Shown piece by piece: positions 9,400 through 18,284 of a stretch of 24,158 nt of DNA. Made by a program: the position numbers and the translations under genes. The DNA lies in contig JAYGCN010000088.1 in NCBI GenBank assembly GCA_046583315.1, positions 1-24,158 of the forward strand, written 5' to 3'. Each line of letters starts with the position of its first letter. The stretch's first letter is position 1. The notes under the pieces were generated by a model. It was not told the DNA's origin. It did no database searches and saw nothing but the letters and a program-made list of their open reading frames with translations. Origin of the DNA: Candidatus Hydrogenedentota bacterium (lineage in GTDB: Bacteria > Hydrogenedentota > Hydrogenedentia > Hydrogenedentales > GCA-2746185).

Positions 9400-10740
9400 G
9401 TGGCTCAACCCATTGAAGCATTCCGGAACGCATTTAAGATTCCCGAACTAAAGCAACGTATCACCTTTACGTTCATGATCCTTGTGATTGTGAGCTTGGG
9501 TCGTCACGTGCCTACACCCGGCGTAGACGGGTCTGCACTTGCCGCGCGCGTGGACGAAATGGGCGGGTTGCTCGGGTTTTACGATATGTTTTCCGGTGGT
9601 GCATTCAAGAACGCGACCATCTTCGCATTGGGTATCATGCCCTACATCAGTGCCTCGATTATTATGTCCTTGCTGGTCGTCGTAGTGCCTCAGCTTGAAG
9701 CCCTGCAAAAAATGGGCGGCGAAGGTCAGAAGAAAATCCAGGAATACACCCGGTTCGCTACGATTGCCATCTGTATCGTACAATCCGTTGCGCTGGCCGT
9801 ATTCCTGATTCGTATGAATACCCCCGATGCGCCAGTTTTGGCGTGGTCCAATCCCGGCATTGGTTTCTACCTGCTTTGCATCCTGTCCTTCACGACCGGT
9901 ACTGCCTTCATCATGTGGTTGGGCGAGCAAATCAGCGAACACGGTATCGGCAACGGCATCTCCCTTATTATTTTCGGCAGTATCATCTCCGGGATGCCCA
10001 ACGCCATGGTTACCCTTTTGCGTCTCATCGATACCGGTGAAATCAGCATCTTCAAATTCGGAATTCTGATGACCGTTTTCGTCATAGTCGTCGGCGGTAC
10101 GATTGCCGTGACCACGGGCCAGCGTCGCATTCCCGTACAATATCCCCGCCAAGTTAAAGGGCGCGCGGTAATGGGCAATCAGCGTAGTTATCTTCCTTTG
10201 AAAGTCAATCAGGCAGGTGTTATCCCCATCATTTTCGCCTCATCGCTGCTGATGATTCCCACTATGGTCGGTAATAGCATCGACCTGCCGATATTCAATA
10301 AAATCTTCAACGATTGGTTTGCCTACGGAGGTTGGCCTTACAGCGTCGCATTTGGTATAATGATCGTCTTCTTTTCCTTCTTTTACACTGCTATCACCTT
10401 CAATCCGATTGAGATGGCTGACCAGATGAAGAAATACGGAGGCGTGATCAAAGGGGTTCGTCCAGGCAAAGCCACGGCGGAATACCTGAACAACGTGATG
10501 ACCCGGATTACACTGGTAGGTTCAGCATTCCTGGTGGTTGTGGCCTTGTTGCCCAACGTCATGTATTCGACTTTAGGCATTTATGACTTCAGCATCGTGC
10601 AGTTTTTCGGCGGTACAAGTCTGCTTATCCTCGTCGGGGTAGCCCTCGACACGGTGAAACAGATGGAGCAACATCTAATTATGCGCAACTACGACGGCTT
10701 CTCCAAAGGTGGCCGCCGAATTCGCAGTCGTAGAGGTTAA
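9400..10740 (+). CDS. secY: Preprotein translocase subunit SecY (GTG start)
   Basis: About 10 hydrophobic segments; IFALGIMPYISASII, WLGEQI.E.GIGNGISL, PLKVNQAGVIPIIFA, GGTSLLI.VGV. Confidence 0.99.
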   Translation: MAQPIEAFRNAFKIPELKQRITFTFMILVIVSLGRHVPTPGVDGSALAARVDEMGGLLGFYDMFSGGAFKNATIFALGIMPYISASIIMSLLVVVVPQLEALQKMGGEGQKKIQEYTRFATIAICIVQSVALAVFLIRMNTPDAPVLAWSNPGIGFYLLCILSFTTGTAFIMWLGEQISEHGIGNGISLIIFGSIISGMPNAMVTLLRLIDTGEISIFKFGILMTVFVIVVGGTIAVTTGQRRIPVQYPRQVKGRAVMGNQRSYLPLKVNQAGVIPIIFASSLLMIPTMVGNSIDLPIFNKIFNDWFAYGGWPYSVAFGIMIVFFSFFYTAITFNPIEMADQMKKYGGVIKGVRPGKATAEYLNNVMTRITLVGSAFLVVVALLPNVMYSTLGIYDFSIVQFFGGTSLLILVGVALDTVKQMEQHLIMRNYDGFSKGGRRIRSRRG

Positions 10741-10745
10741 AGCGA

Positions 10746-11426
10746 TTGGCTGGTCGAATTATTATACTAGGCGGTCCGGGTGCCGGAAAAGGCACCCAAG
10801 CCCGAAGGATTGCCAAGAAATTCGACATACCACAGATTTCCACGGGTGACATATTTCGGTCGCATACTGAACAACAGACTGAGATAGGCCAAAAAATTGA
10901 AGAATACATGAATTCGGGACAGCTCGTGCCGGACCCTCTGGCATGCCAGATTGTTGTGGAGCGGTTGGCCCAGAGCGATTGTTCGTCGGGATATATCCTG
11001 GATGGATTCCCGCGTTCCCTGCCTCAGGCCGAGGCCTTGGAACAGCTACTGGCGGATCGCGGAGAAGGATTGGACGTGGCACTGGTGCTTAAAGTGGCCG
11101 ACGAGGAAATTGTCGAGCGGCTTGCCGCACGCCGCACCTGTCCGAAATGTGGAAAGATATACAACTTGATATTTAAACAACCCAAACGGGATGGCTATTG
11201 CGATGCCGAGGGTTGCGACACGATAGAACTTGTTCAGCGAGAAGACGATACCGAAGCAACGATTCGGAAACGCTTGGCCGTGTACCACGAAACGACTGAG
11301 CCATTACTCGACTTCTATACCGAACGAGATTTGCGAAGAGACGTGGGCGGTCCTAACCAGACCCCTGAAAAAATCGCAGCACAAATTGAAGAAATATTGA
11401 TGGCAAAAGGAGCCAGCGAATCATGA
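10746..11426 (+). CDS. adk: Adenylate kinase with Cys-containing LID (TTG start)
   Basis: P-loop GGPGAGKGTQA, STGDIFR, LDGFPR, LID CPKC...CDAEGC, QREDD. Confidence 0.98.
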   Translation: MAGRIIILGGPGAGKGTQARRIAKKFDIPQISTGDIFRSHTEQQTEIGQKIEEYMNSGQLVPDPLACQIVVERLAQSDCSSGYILDGFPRSLPQAEALEQLLADRGEGLDVALVLKVADEEIVERLAARRTCPKCGKIYNLIFKQPKRDGYCDAEGCDTIELVQREDDTEATIRKRLAVYHETTEPLLDFYTERDLRRDVGGPNQTPEKIAAQIEEILMAKGASES

Positions 11427-12232
11427 TCGCTATCCGGAGTCGTCGTGAAATTGACCTGTTACGCATCGCGAATCAGACCGTTGCGACCGTGCTAACCACC
11501 TTGGCTGACAAGGTGAAGCCCGGCGTGAAGATTGATGATCTTGATGCGGAAGCCGATGCACTGATTCGGGACGCGGGTGGTACTCCCTGGTTTTTGGGGT
11601 ATCAAGGCTATCCCAAGTCGACCTGCATTTCGGTGGACGAGGTGATTATTCACGGCATTCCCGACGGTCGTGAGCTCCAGGACGGCGAAATTTGCAGTAT
11701 CGACGTAGGCGTGACCTATAAAGGCTACCACGGCGATGCGGCACTCTCGATTCCCTGCGGTGAGTTGGATGCAGACCGGAAACGCTTGATGAGGGTGACG
11801 GAACGAGCGCTCGCGAAAGGCATCGATGTAGCACGCGTAGGGAATTATTTGCAGGACATCTCACGTGCGATTGAAGAGACCATCAAACCTGAGAAAATGG
11901 GTATTGTTCGTAATTTTGTGGGCCATGGAATTGGCTCAGAAGTGCACGAAGAACCCCAAATTCCCAATTACGTGACCTCAGGAAAAGGCCCGAAGCTCAA
12001 AGCCGGTATGGTAATGGCGTTGGAGCCGATGGTGAACCTGGGCACGCATAAAGTAGAGGTATTGGACGATGGATGGACGGCGGTTACGGCCGACCGGAAG
12101 CCCAGCGCCCATTTTGAACATAGCATTGTTATTCGCCCTGAAGGGCCGCCCGAGATTCTGTCGCTATCGCCAAGCGAACGATGGAAGTGGGGGGAACTGG
12201 ATGGAGCGATTGTGCGCGGAGTATCGGCATAA
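11423..12232 (+). CDS. map: Methionine aminopeptidase type I
   Basis: [13 protein letters not shown]; metal ligands in SIDVG, GDAA, GHGIG, LEPM, HFEH; ATGA overlap with adk. Confidence 0.98.
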   Translation: MIAIRSRREIDLLRIANQTVATVLTTLADKVKPGVKIDDLDAEADALIRDAGGTPWFLGYQGYPKSTCISVDEVIIHGIPDGRELQDGEICSIDVGVTYKGYHGDAALSIPCGELDADRKRLMRVTERALAKGIDVARVGNYLQDISRAIEETIKPEKMGIVRNFVGHGIGSEVHEEPQIPNYVTSGKGPKLKAGMVMALEPMVNLGTHKVEVLDDGWTAVTADRKPSAHFEHSIVIRPEGPPEILSLSPSERWKWGELDGAIVRGVSA

Positions 12233-12281
12233 GCCGATGCGCGCATTGGAGAGGGTCGCAAGCCCTCCACTGGAGAGACAG

Positions 12282-12395
12282 ATGAAAGTACGCAGTTCAG
12301 TTAAAAAGATTTGTGATAAATGCAAAATCATTAAACGCCATGGTCGCGTCCGTGTGATTTGCGAAAACCCCAAGCATAAACAGCGTCAAGGTTAA
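12282..12395 (+). CDS. rpmJ: 50S ribosomal protein L36, zinc-ribbon form (37 aa)
   Basis: [37 protein letters not shown] at the 3' end of ORF 12069..12395; SD GGAG 12272-12275. Confidence 0.99.
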   Translation: MKVRSSVKKICDKCKIIKRHGRVRVICENPKHKQRQG

Positions 12396-12413
12396 CTTGA
12401 GGAGACTCTATTC

Positions 12414-12782
12414 ATGGCACGTATCGTTGGCGTAGATCTACCCCGCTCCAAGCGGGTCGAGATCGGTCTTCAAAGCATCATGGGCATTGGCCCGGCTCGC
12501 GCAAAAATTCTGCTGGAAAAAACCGGCCTGGATGAAGCATTGCGCGTACACGAACTGACAGACGAGCAGGTGAATACCCTGTCCGCGCTGATTCAGAATG
12601 ATTTTAAGGTTGAAGGTGACCTGCGCCGTGAGGTGACAGGAAACATCAAACGACTCATGGACATCAATTGCTATCGCGGCACCCGGCACAAAAAGGGTTT
12701 GCCAGCAAACGGGCAACGCACCAAGACGAACGCGCGTACCCGTAAGGGCCCACGCAAGATGGCCGTCAAAAAGAACACTTAA
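12414..12782 (+). CDS. rpsM: 30S ribosomal protein S13
   Basis: [41 protein letters not shown]. Confidence 0.99.
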   Translation: MARIVGVDLPRSKRVEIGLQSIMGIGPARAKILLEKTGLDEALRVHELTDEQVNTLSALIQNDFKVEGDLRREVTGNIKRLMDINCYRGTRHKKGLPANGQRTKTNARTRKGPRKMAVKKNT

Positions 12783-12800
12783 TAATAGGAGGCCCCTCAG

Positions 12801-13193
12801 GTGGCTACAGAAAAACGCAAAACGAAAAAGAAGCGCATCGCCCTTTCGAGTACTTCGGGCATGGCTCACATTCAGGCGACGTTCAACAACACGATTATCT
12901 CGATTACCGATACTCGTGGAAACGTCATCTCCTGGTCCAGTGCCGGGCAAGTCGGCATGACGGGCTCACGAAAAAGCACCGCCTACGCCGCCCAGCTCGC
13001 TGCCGAAAAAGCAGCCTTGGCCGCATTGGATATCGGGCTTAAAGATGTGCGCATCCACGTCAAAGGGCCCGGCTCCGGTCGTGAATCCGCCATTCGCGCG
13101 ATTCAAGCCGCCGGACTGGAAGTAACGCTGATTCGCGACGTGACCTCCATTCCTCATAATGGGTGTCGTGCACGCAAACGGCGCCGCGTCTAA
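12801..13193 (+). CDS. rpsK: 30S ribosomal protein S11 (GTG start)
   Basis: [46 protein letters not shown]. Confidence 0.99.
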   Translation: MATEKRKTKKKRIALSSTSGMAHIQATFNNTIISITDTRGNVISWSSAGQVGMTGSRKSTAYAAQLAAEKAALAALDIGLKDVRIHVKGPGSGRESAIRAIQAAGLEVTLIRDVTSIPHNGCRARKRRRV

Positions 13194-13262
13194 CTCGGGT
13201 TCACGAGTTGGATTTCTGATAAAACAGTTTGTGTTTAGCTTTACGGCCAGAGGACAACACCA

Positions 13263-14291
13263 ATGATTAGTGAAGATTTCGTAATACCAAAGTGGGTTAA
13301 AATTGAAGACGGCGCGACCGATACCTTTGCGCGTTTTGCTGTGGAGCCCTTTGAACGGGGATACGGTACGACCGTAGGAAACTCAATGCGTCGTGTGTTG
13401 CTTGCGTCCCTTTCCGGAGCTGCGGTGACGGCGTTGCGTATCGAGCAAATTACACATGAATTCTCAGCGATTCCGGGTGTCAAAGAAGATTTGACCGATG
13501 TCGTGCTGAATCTCAAGAAGTGTGAACTCAGCCTGAGCGAAGGTGAATCGCTTATCTTTACTCATGTGTTCAAGGGTGAAGGCGTGCTGACTGCCGCCGA
13601 CCTGTTCCGCGACCAGGAAAGTATCGCCTGCCACAATCCCGAGTTTGTACTGCTTGAGTCCACCGCGAAAAACACCGAACTCGAAATAGAAATTAAAGTG
13701 GCCAAGGGACGCGGCTACGTCACCACCGACAAATTTGAACTGGAACACGCGCCCTTGGGCACCGTGTACCTCGATGCGAACTTCTCGCCCATCAGCAAGG
13801 TAAACTTTTACGTGGAGGACGCGCGCGTCGGCCAAACGACCGATTACGACCGCCTTATCCTTGAAGTGTGGGGTAATGGTGCCATCAAACCTGAAGATGC
13901 GGTTCGCGAAGCGGCCGATCTGCTGATTGACCACATGCGCATCTTCTCGCAACAAAAGACTGAAGAAGAGGAAGCGGCCGAGTCAGCACCAAGTGAAGAC
14001 ACCGGTATGATGAAAACAATGTCGCGTCCGGTCGAAGAACTTGAACTGAGCGTACGTGCGGCAAACTGCCTGCGCGCGGCTGAAATCAAAACCATCGGCG
14101 AACTCGTGTCGCGTAGCGAACCCGAAATGCTCGCATTCCACAATTTCGGTAAGAAGTCGCTGGACGAGATCAAAGCTATCCTGGAATCCATGGGCCTTGG
14201 CCTGGGAATGGACATCGAAAGTGCTGCCGCAGCAGCGCCAGTCGAGTCCGCGGCTACAGAAGCCGAAACCGTGGCTGCCGAAGAAGAATAA
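13263..14291 (+). CDS. rpoA: DNA-directed RNA polymerase alpha subunit
   Basis: [50 protein letters not shown], alpha-[14 protein letters not shown] and NFGKKSL. Confidence 0.99.
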   Translation: MISEDFVIPKWVKIEDGATDTFARFAVEPFERGYGTTVGNSMRRVLLASLSGAAVTALRIEQITHEFSAIPGVKEDLTDVVLNLKKCELSLSEGESLIFTHVFKGEGVLTAADLFRDQESIACHNPEFVLLESTAKNTELEIEIKVAKGRGYVTTDKFELEHAPLGTVYLDANFSPISKVNFYVEDARVGQTTDYDRLILEVWGNGAIKPEDAVREAADLLIDHMRIFSQQKTEEEEAAESAPSEDTGMMKTMSRPVEELELSVRAANCLRAAEIKTIGELVSRSEPEMLAFHNFGKKSLDEIKAILESMGLGLGMDIESAAAAAPVESAATEAETVAAEEE

Positions 14292-14328
14292 TAACACCAA
14301 CGAAGTATTTAGAAGGACTTGGACGATT

Positions 14329-14718
14329 ATGAGACACCGATTAGCAGGACGCCGACTGGGCCGTAACATGGCTCACCGCAAGGCAACCATGAAGAGCCTA
14401 TCCGTGGCGCTTTTTACGCATGACGCCATTGAGACCACGGTCGCAAAGGCCAAAGAGCTGCGTCGCTACGCCGAGCCGCTTATTACGCTGGCCAAAACCG
14501 ATACCGTGGCGAATCGCCGCCGTGCGTTCGCCGCGCTGGGCAACAACCAGCAGGCCTCCCGCGTGGTGAAGAAGCTCTTCGGTGAAATCGGCCCGCACTT
14601 CGCCGATCGTCCAGGTGGATACACACGTATTCTAAAAATGGGCGAACGTTTGGGTGATGCCGCACAGATGTCACGCATCGAATTGGTCGGCATTGGCGAA
14701 TACGAAGAAGAAGATTAA
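14329..14718 (+). CDS. rplQ: 50S ribosomal protein L17 (start moved to ATG 14329)
   Basis: MRHR..GRRLGR...[25 protein letters not shown]...R.GDAA. Confidence 0.99.
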   Translation: MRHRLAGRRLGRNMAHRKATMKSLSVALFTHDAIETTVAKAKELRRYAEPLITLAKTDTVANRRRAFAALGNNQQASRVVKKLFGEIGPHFADRPGGYTRILKMGERLGDAAQMSRIELVGIGEYEEED

Positions 14719-14741
14719 ACCAACTGCAAATTGGATCGTTG

Positions 14742-14773
14742 ACCGGGTACCTGTTTTGGTGCCCGGTTTTTTT
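14742..14773 (+). terminator. Rho-independent terminator ending the ribosomal supercluster
   Basis: 10-bp stem ACCGGGTACC / GGTGCCCGGT (one G-U), loop TGTTTT, then a T-run to 14773; 23 nt after the rplQ stop; abuts the stop of the convergent lipase. Confidence 0.9.
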
Positions 14774-15560
14774 ACGGGGAGACGCGATCCGAAGCCTTGG
14801 CCCAAAGTTCGAGTTTGCGTACGTACTCCCGCATGAAATGGTCGTTGATCATGCCCGCCTCCAAAATGCCCGAGCCGATGGAGTTTGCTCTATCGATTTT
14901 GCGGGCGAGATGGTGCGAATGACGCGACTCAGCCACAGCACCGCTGGCCAACAGGAAAATTTCTTCACCCAGGCATTCATAGGTGTCGAACAAGGTCGGC
15001 CACGTGAATTTCGGAACGGGATCCTCATTATTGATGACGCTGTACACGGGCACGGGATAGGCCCTCGCCGCGACGGCATCGAATACGCAGGGCGTACCAT
15101 AGGTAAACACTTCCAGCACCGTGCACCCCATTCGCTGAAGGTGGTCAGCAGCCAACAATGCAAGGGCTCCGCCCAGACTATGCCCGCAAACCCACAGCGT
15201 TTTCTGCTGCTCGATTACATGTGCGTCATAGATGGCCGCCAAAACCTGCTCCCACACCGTGTCGAGCGCCTGGATGAATCCAGCATGCGCGCGCCCCTCG
15301 AACCAGGCAATCTGTTTGAAGGTCATCGAGTGCGCCCACTCAAGATTACTGTCCGTGCCGCGAAAGGCGAGCACGGCATGGTTCGCGTTCCAGCCAACCA
15401 TGCCCCAATGGGCATCTCGCTCAAAGGTCTCGATGGAATCAAAGAAACTACGAAGGCCGGGATCCTGTTCCCACGGATCGTCGTGCAACGTTGCAAAGGT
15501 AAACCGCCCCAGCGCACAGGTCTTCTGCGGCAACGAGCTATCTGTCGAAATCATAAACAT
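14772..15560 (-). CDS. Class 3 lipase (Lipase_3 family), no obvious signal peptide
   Basis: LAFRGT lid region, AHAGF, nucleophile GHSLGG, TYGTP, Asp in NEDPVP, His in NDHFM. Confidence 0.9.
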   Translation of the reverse strand: MFMISTDSSLPQKTCALGRFTFATLHDDPWEQDPGLRSFFDSIETFERDAHWGMVGWNANHAVLAFRGTDSNLEWAHSMTFKQIAWFEGRAHAGFIQALDTVWEQVLAAIYDAHVIEQQKTLWVCGHSLGGALALLAADHLQRMGCTVLEVFTYGTPCVFDAVAARAYPVPVYSVINNEDPVPKFTWPTLFDTYECLGEEIFLLASGAVAESRHSHHLARKIDRANSIGSGILEAGMINDHFMREYVRKLELWAKASDRVSP

Positions 15561-15616
15561 GCAACTCTTCTCAATTCATTGGCTATTCATTAGACCCAGA
15601 TGACTGGGCTGTGGTT

Positions 15617-15645
15617 TTGGAGGAAATGAAGTATTTTGGTACTCT
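15617..15645 (+). promoter_or_regulatory. Candidate sigma70 promoter for vanZ-PBP with extended -10, probably leaderless
   Basis: TTGGAG (15617-22), 17 nt, TACTCT (15640-45) with TG at 15637-38; ATG follows 8 nt later with no adjacent SD. Confidence 0.5.
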
Positions 15646-15653
15646 AAACACCT

Positions 15654-16043
15654 ATGGTCCACCTCAAAAATCGATATTTCATCGCAACCGCCGTCTATTG
15701 CATGGGCCTGTTCTGGCTATCGAATCAACCCGATCTAGCGATTCCCAAAGTCGACTTTTCCGGAGCAGACAAAATAGCCCATGCGCTCCTGTTCGGGGGA
15801 TTGGCGGCCTGCCTCTCCATCGGAATTCGACTATCAAACGATAAGCCCCCTTTCTGGGCGCAATGGTTTGTGCCTTTCGTCTTTGTTATTCTATACGGCA
15901 TGAGCGATGAGTGGCACCAATCCTTCGTGCCAGGGCGCAGTCCAGACCTACGAGACGTGATGGCCGATGGAATTGGCGGAACTATCGCCCAGCTTGCGCT
16001 ATTCATGATGTGGGGACGCGAACGCGACGATGGCGGGAAATGA
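15654..16043 (+). CDS. VanZ-family membrane protein
   Basis: DKIAH..LFGGL, YGMSDEWHQSFVPGRSPD..DV.AD..G; about 4 hydrophobic segments. Confidence 0.9.
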   Translation: MVHLKNRYFIATAVYCMGLFWLSNQPDLAIPKVDFSGADKIAHALLFGGLAACLSIGIRLSNDKPPFWAQWFVPFVFVILYGMSDEWHQSFVPGRSPDLRDVMADGIGGTIAQLALFMMWGRERDDGGK

Positions 16044-18273
16044 ATCAATGACCGAAGAAACGCAAAAGAATAACCCCTCCAACGACGATGCGCCTGAACG
16101 GCAGGCTCAGGTCGACGAGCAGACTGCGCCCAAAGCGCGCGGTTGTGGATTCCTGTTTTTTCTTGCCATGATTGTGGTCGGCGCCATGTTTGGTGTCGGC
16201 CTCGGAGTTTTCGTGTATATCCTCGAAGAAACCGAGGAAACCATCGAGGCGCTCGAAGAATTCCGGCCAAAAGTCGGTAGCAAGATCTTCTCCGCTGACG
16301 GTGAGGAACTTGGCGAATTCGCACGCGAGGCACGGCAGGTGGTACCGCTGAACGCGATACCGCTCAAGGTGCAGAAGGCCTTCATCGCCACCGAAGACGA
16401 TACTTTTTACGAACATCAGGGTGTTCGCCCCTTGTCGTTGATGAGGGCCGTTCTCGATTCATTCCGGACCAACCACTTACGCGGCGCAAGTACCATCACG
16501 CAGCAGATCGTACGGAACATTGACGTGACGGGAGTTTCGAAAGAGCAGACCGTTCAGCGGAAATTACGAGAGATGTTGGTTGCCCTGCAACTGGAGCGGC
16601 AGTACACGAAAGACGAAATACTCGAGCTCTATCTGAATCAAATCTTTCTGGGCGTGAGCGCATACGGTGTCGAGTCTGCCGCACGTCAGTATTACCTCAA
16701 AAATATTTCGGACCTCACGCTGGGCGAGGCAGCGTTGTTGGCGGGTCTCACGCGCTCACCAAACATCAACCAGCCTTTCAAAAACCCGGATTTCGCAGAA
16801 CAGCGCAGGAATATCGTGTTGCGCCAGATGTACAACGAGCGCTTTATCACAGAAGAAGAATTCGAAGCGGCCCGGGTGGAATCGGTCGCGGATTCCGTAA
16901 TACTGCCTTCCGAGCGCGCGCTGTATGTCGACACGAAAGACAATCGATGGACGCCAAACAAGTTCAAAGCACCGTATTTTTCCGAGGACGTTCGCAAATT
17001 CATGAGTCGTCCGCCGGCACCCTATCAGGTCGGCATTACCCAGGATGATCTCTTCGAAGGGGGTCTGGAAATATCGACGACGATCGATCTGCGACTGCAG
17101 AAAGCGGCGGAGGATATCCTGCTTGCCCACCTTGATACCTTTGACGAAAAAAAATTGGCCTATCTCACGAAGAGGGGCCGGGAGGCAGAATTTGTCCCGG
17201 TGACCGGCGCGCTGGTGTGTCTGGATAATCGTTCGGGCGTCGACTTCGATCACCGTGGATACATACGCGCGATGGTGGGCGGTCGCAACTTCGACCTCAA
17301 AAAATTCAACAACGCAACGCAGGCCAAACGGCAGCCCGGGTCCAGCGTTAAACCCTTTGTGTGGCTGACGGCGCTGGATAACGGCATGACACCATCCGAT
17401 TACGTGACCGACGAACGCGTGAAATACATTGATGCCGTTGGAACCATCTGGGAACCGAAGAATTTCTCGGGAAAATATCTTGGGCCGATGCCCATGCGCA
17501 AGGGACTGGAACAATCGAAGAACATCATCTCGATAAAACTTGCCGAGCGCTTCACGACGCCGCTGGTGCGGTCCTACATGCGGTCCGCCGGATTCAAGTT
17601 GCCCATCGCGGAGGGCCTGAGCATGGCCTTGGGTTCTTCCGACACGCGCATAATCGATCATGCGGAGAGTTACACAACACTCGCAAACGGAGGCATACAC
17701 ATTGCCCCGACCATGATAACGCAAATCAAGGATCGCGACGGCATCGTACGTTTCGACATCAACACCTATCGAAAACCCGAGCGGGTATTTCCGGCCGACG
17801 CGACCTATCAGATTGTGCACCTCATGCAGGGCGTGTGCGAGCCGGATCCGCGGGGACGCGTCTTTCCATCTGGTCGCCGTACCCGGTTCCTGGAACGTCC
17901 ACGCGCAGGAAAAACAGGCACCTCGAACAGGAATACCAACGTTTGGTTCTGCGGATTCACCCCTCAATACACATGTATTTTGTGGATTGGCTATGCCGAC
18001 AATAGGCCCCTGGGAAAAGGGAATTCCTATACCGGTGGAGCCCTTGCCTCGCCGGTCTGGACCGAGTTTATGATTGCCGCCCATGAAGGATTGCCCGTAG
18101 AAGACTTCAAGATCCCGGCGGGTGTAGAATTTTACAAAATTAATCGGATAACCGGACTGGCAGGTGGCGAGTACACGGAGGCCTACATCCGCGGGACGAA
18201 ACCGTTGACCCAGAAGCCCATTCAGGAAAGTTCCGGTGAGCTGGAAAGCTTGTTCCTGAATTCAGATGATTAA
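16030..18273 (+). CDS. Class A penicillin-binding protein (PBP1A family transglycosylase/transpeptidase); start may be 16048
   Basis: N-terminal TM; GT51 motifs EDDTFYEHQG, GASTITQQ, RKLRE, KDEILELYLN; transpeptidase SSVK (SxxK), SKN (SxN), KTG. Confidence 0.96.
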   Translation: MAGNESMTEETQKNNPSNDDAPERQAQVDEQTAPKARGCGFLFFLAMIVVGAMFGVGLGVFVYILEETEETIEALEEFRPKVGSKIFSADGEELGEFAREARQVVPLNAIPLKVQKAFIATEDDTFYEHQGVRPLSLMRAVLDSFRTNHLRGASTITQQIVRNIDVTGVSKEQTVQRKLREMLVALQLERQYTKDEILELYLNQIFLGVSAYGVESAARQYYLKNISDLTLGEAALLAGLTRSPNINQPFKNPDFAEQRRNIVLRQMYNERFITEEEFEAARVESVADSVILPSERALYVDTKDNRWTPNKFKAPYFSEDVRKFMSRPPAPYQVGITQDDLFEGGLEISTTIDLRLQKAAEDILLAHLDTFDEKKLAYLTKRGREAEFVPVTGALVCLDNRSGVDFDHRGYIRAMVGGRNFDLKKFNNATQAKRQPGSSVKPFVWLTALDNGMTPSDYVTDERVKYIDAVGTIWEPKNFSGKYLGPMPMRKGLEQSKNIISIKLAERFTTPLVRSYMRSAGFKLPIAEGLSMALGSSDTRIIDHAESYTTLANGGIHIAPTMITQIKDRDGIVRFDINTYRKPERVFPADATYQIVHLMQGVCEPDPRGRVFPSGRRTRFLERPRAGKTGTSNRNTNVWFCGFTPQYTCILWIGYADNRPLGKGNSYTGGALASPVWTEFMIAAHEGLPVEDFKIPAGVEFYKINRITGLAGGEYTEAYIRGTKPLTQKPIQESSGELESLFLNSDD

Positions 18274-18284
18274 AGGCTGACGTA

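Noticed and set aside
12069..12281. N-terminal extensions of rpmJ, and likewise rplX (5714) and rplQ (14056), in the ORF track
   Set aside because: They overlap upstream genes; canonical N-termini with SD-like sites start at 12282, 5756 and 14329
14739..15593. 284-aa + strand ORF opposite the lipase
   Set aside because: Exact antisense codon register of a motif-bearing gene, starts in the terminator region, no recognisable motifs
15654..16043. Glycopeptide-resistance (van) cluster
   Set aside because: VanZ-family genes are widespread; no vanHAX or vanRS homologues here
16756..18084. 442-aa - strand ORF inside the PBP gene
   Set aside because: Exact antisense register; expected when TTA, CTA and TCA codons are rare; no motifs
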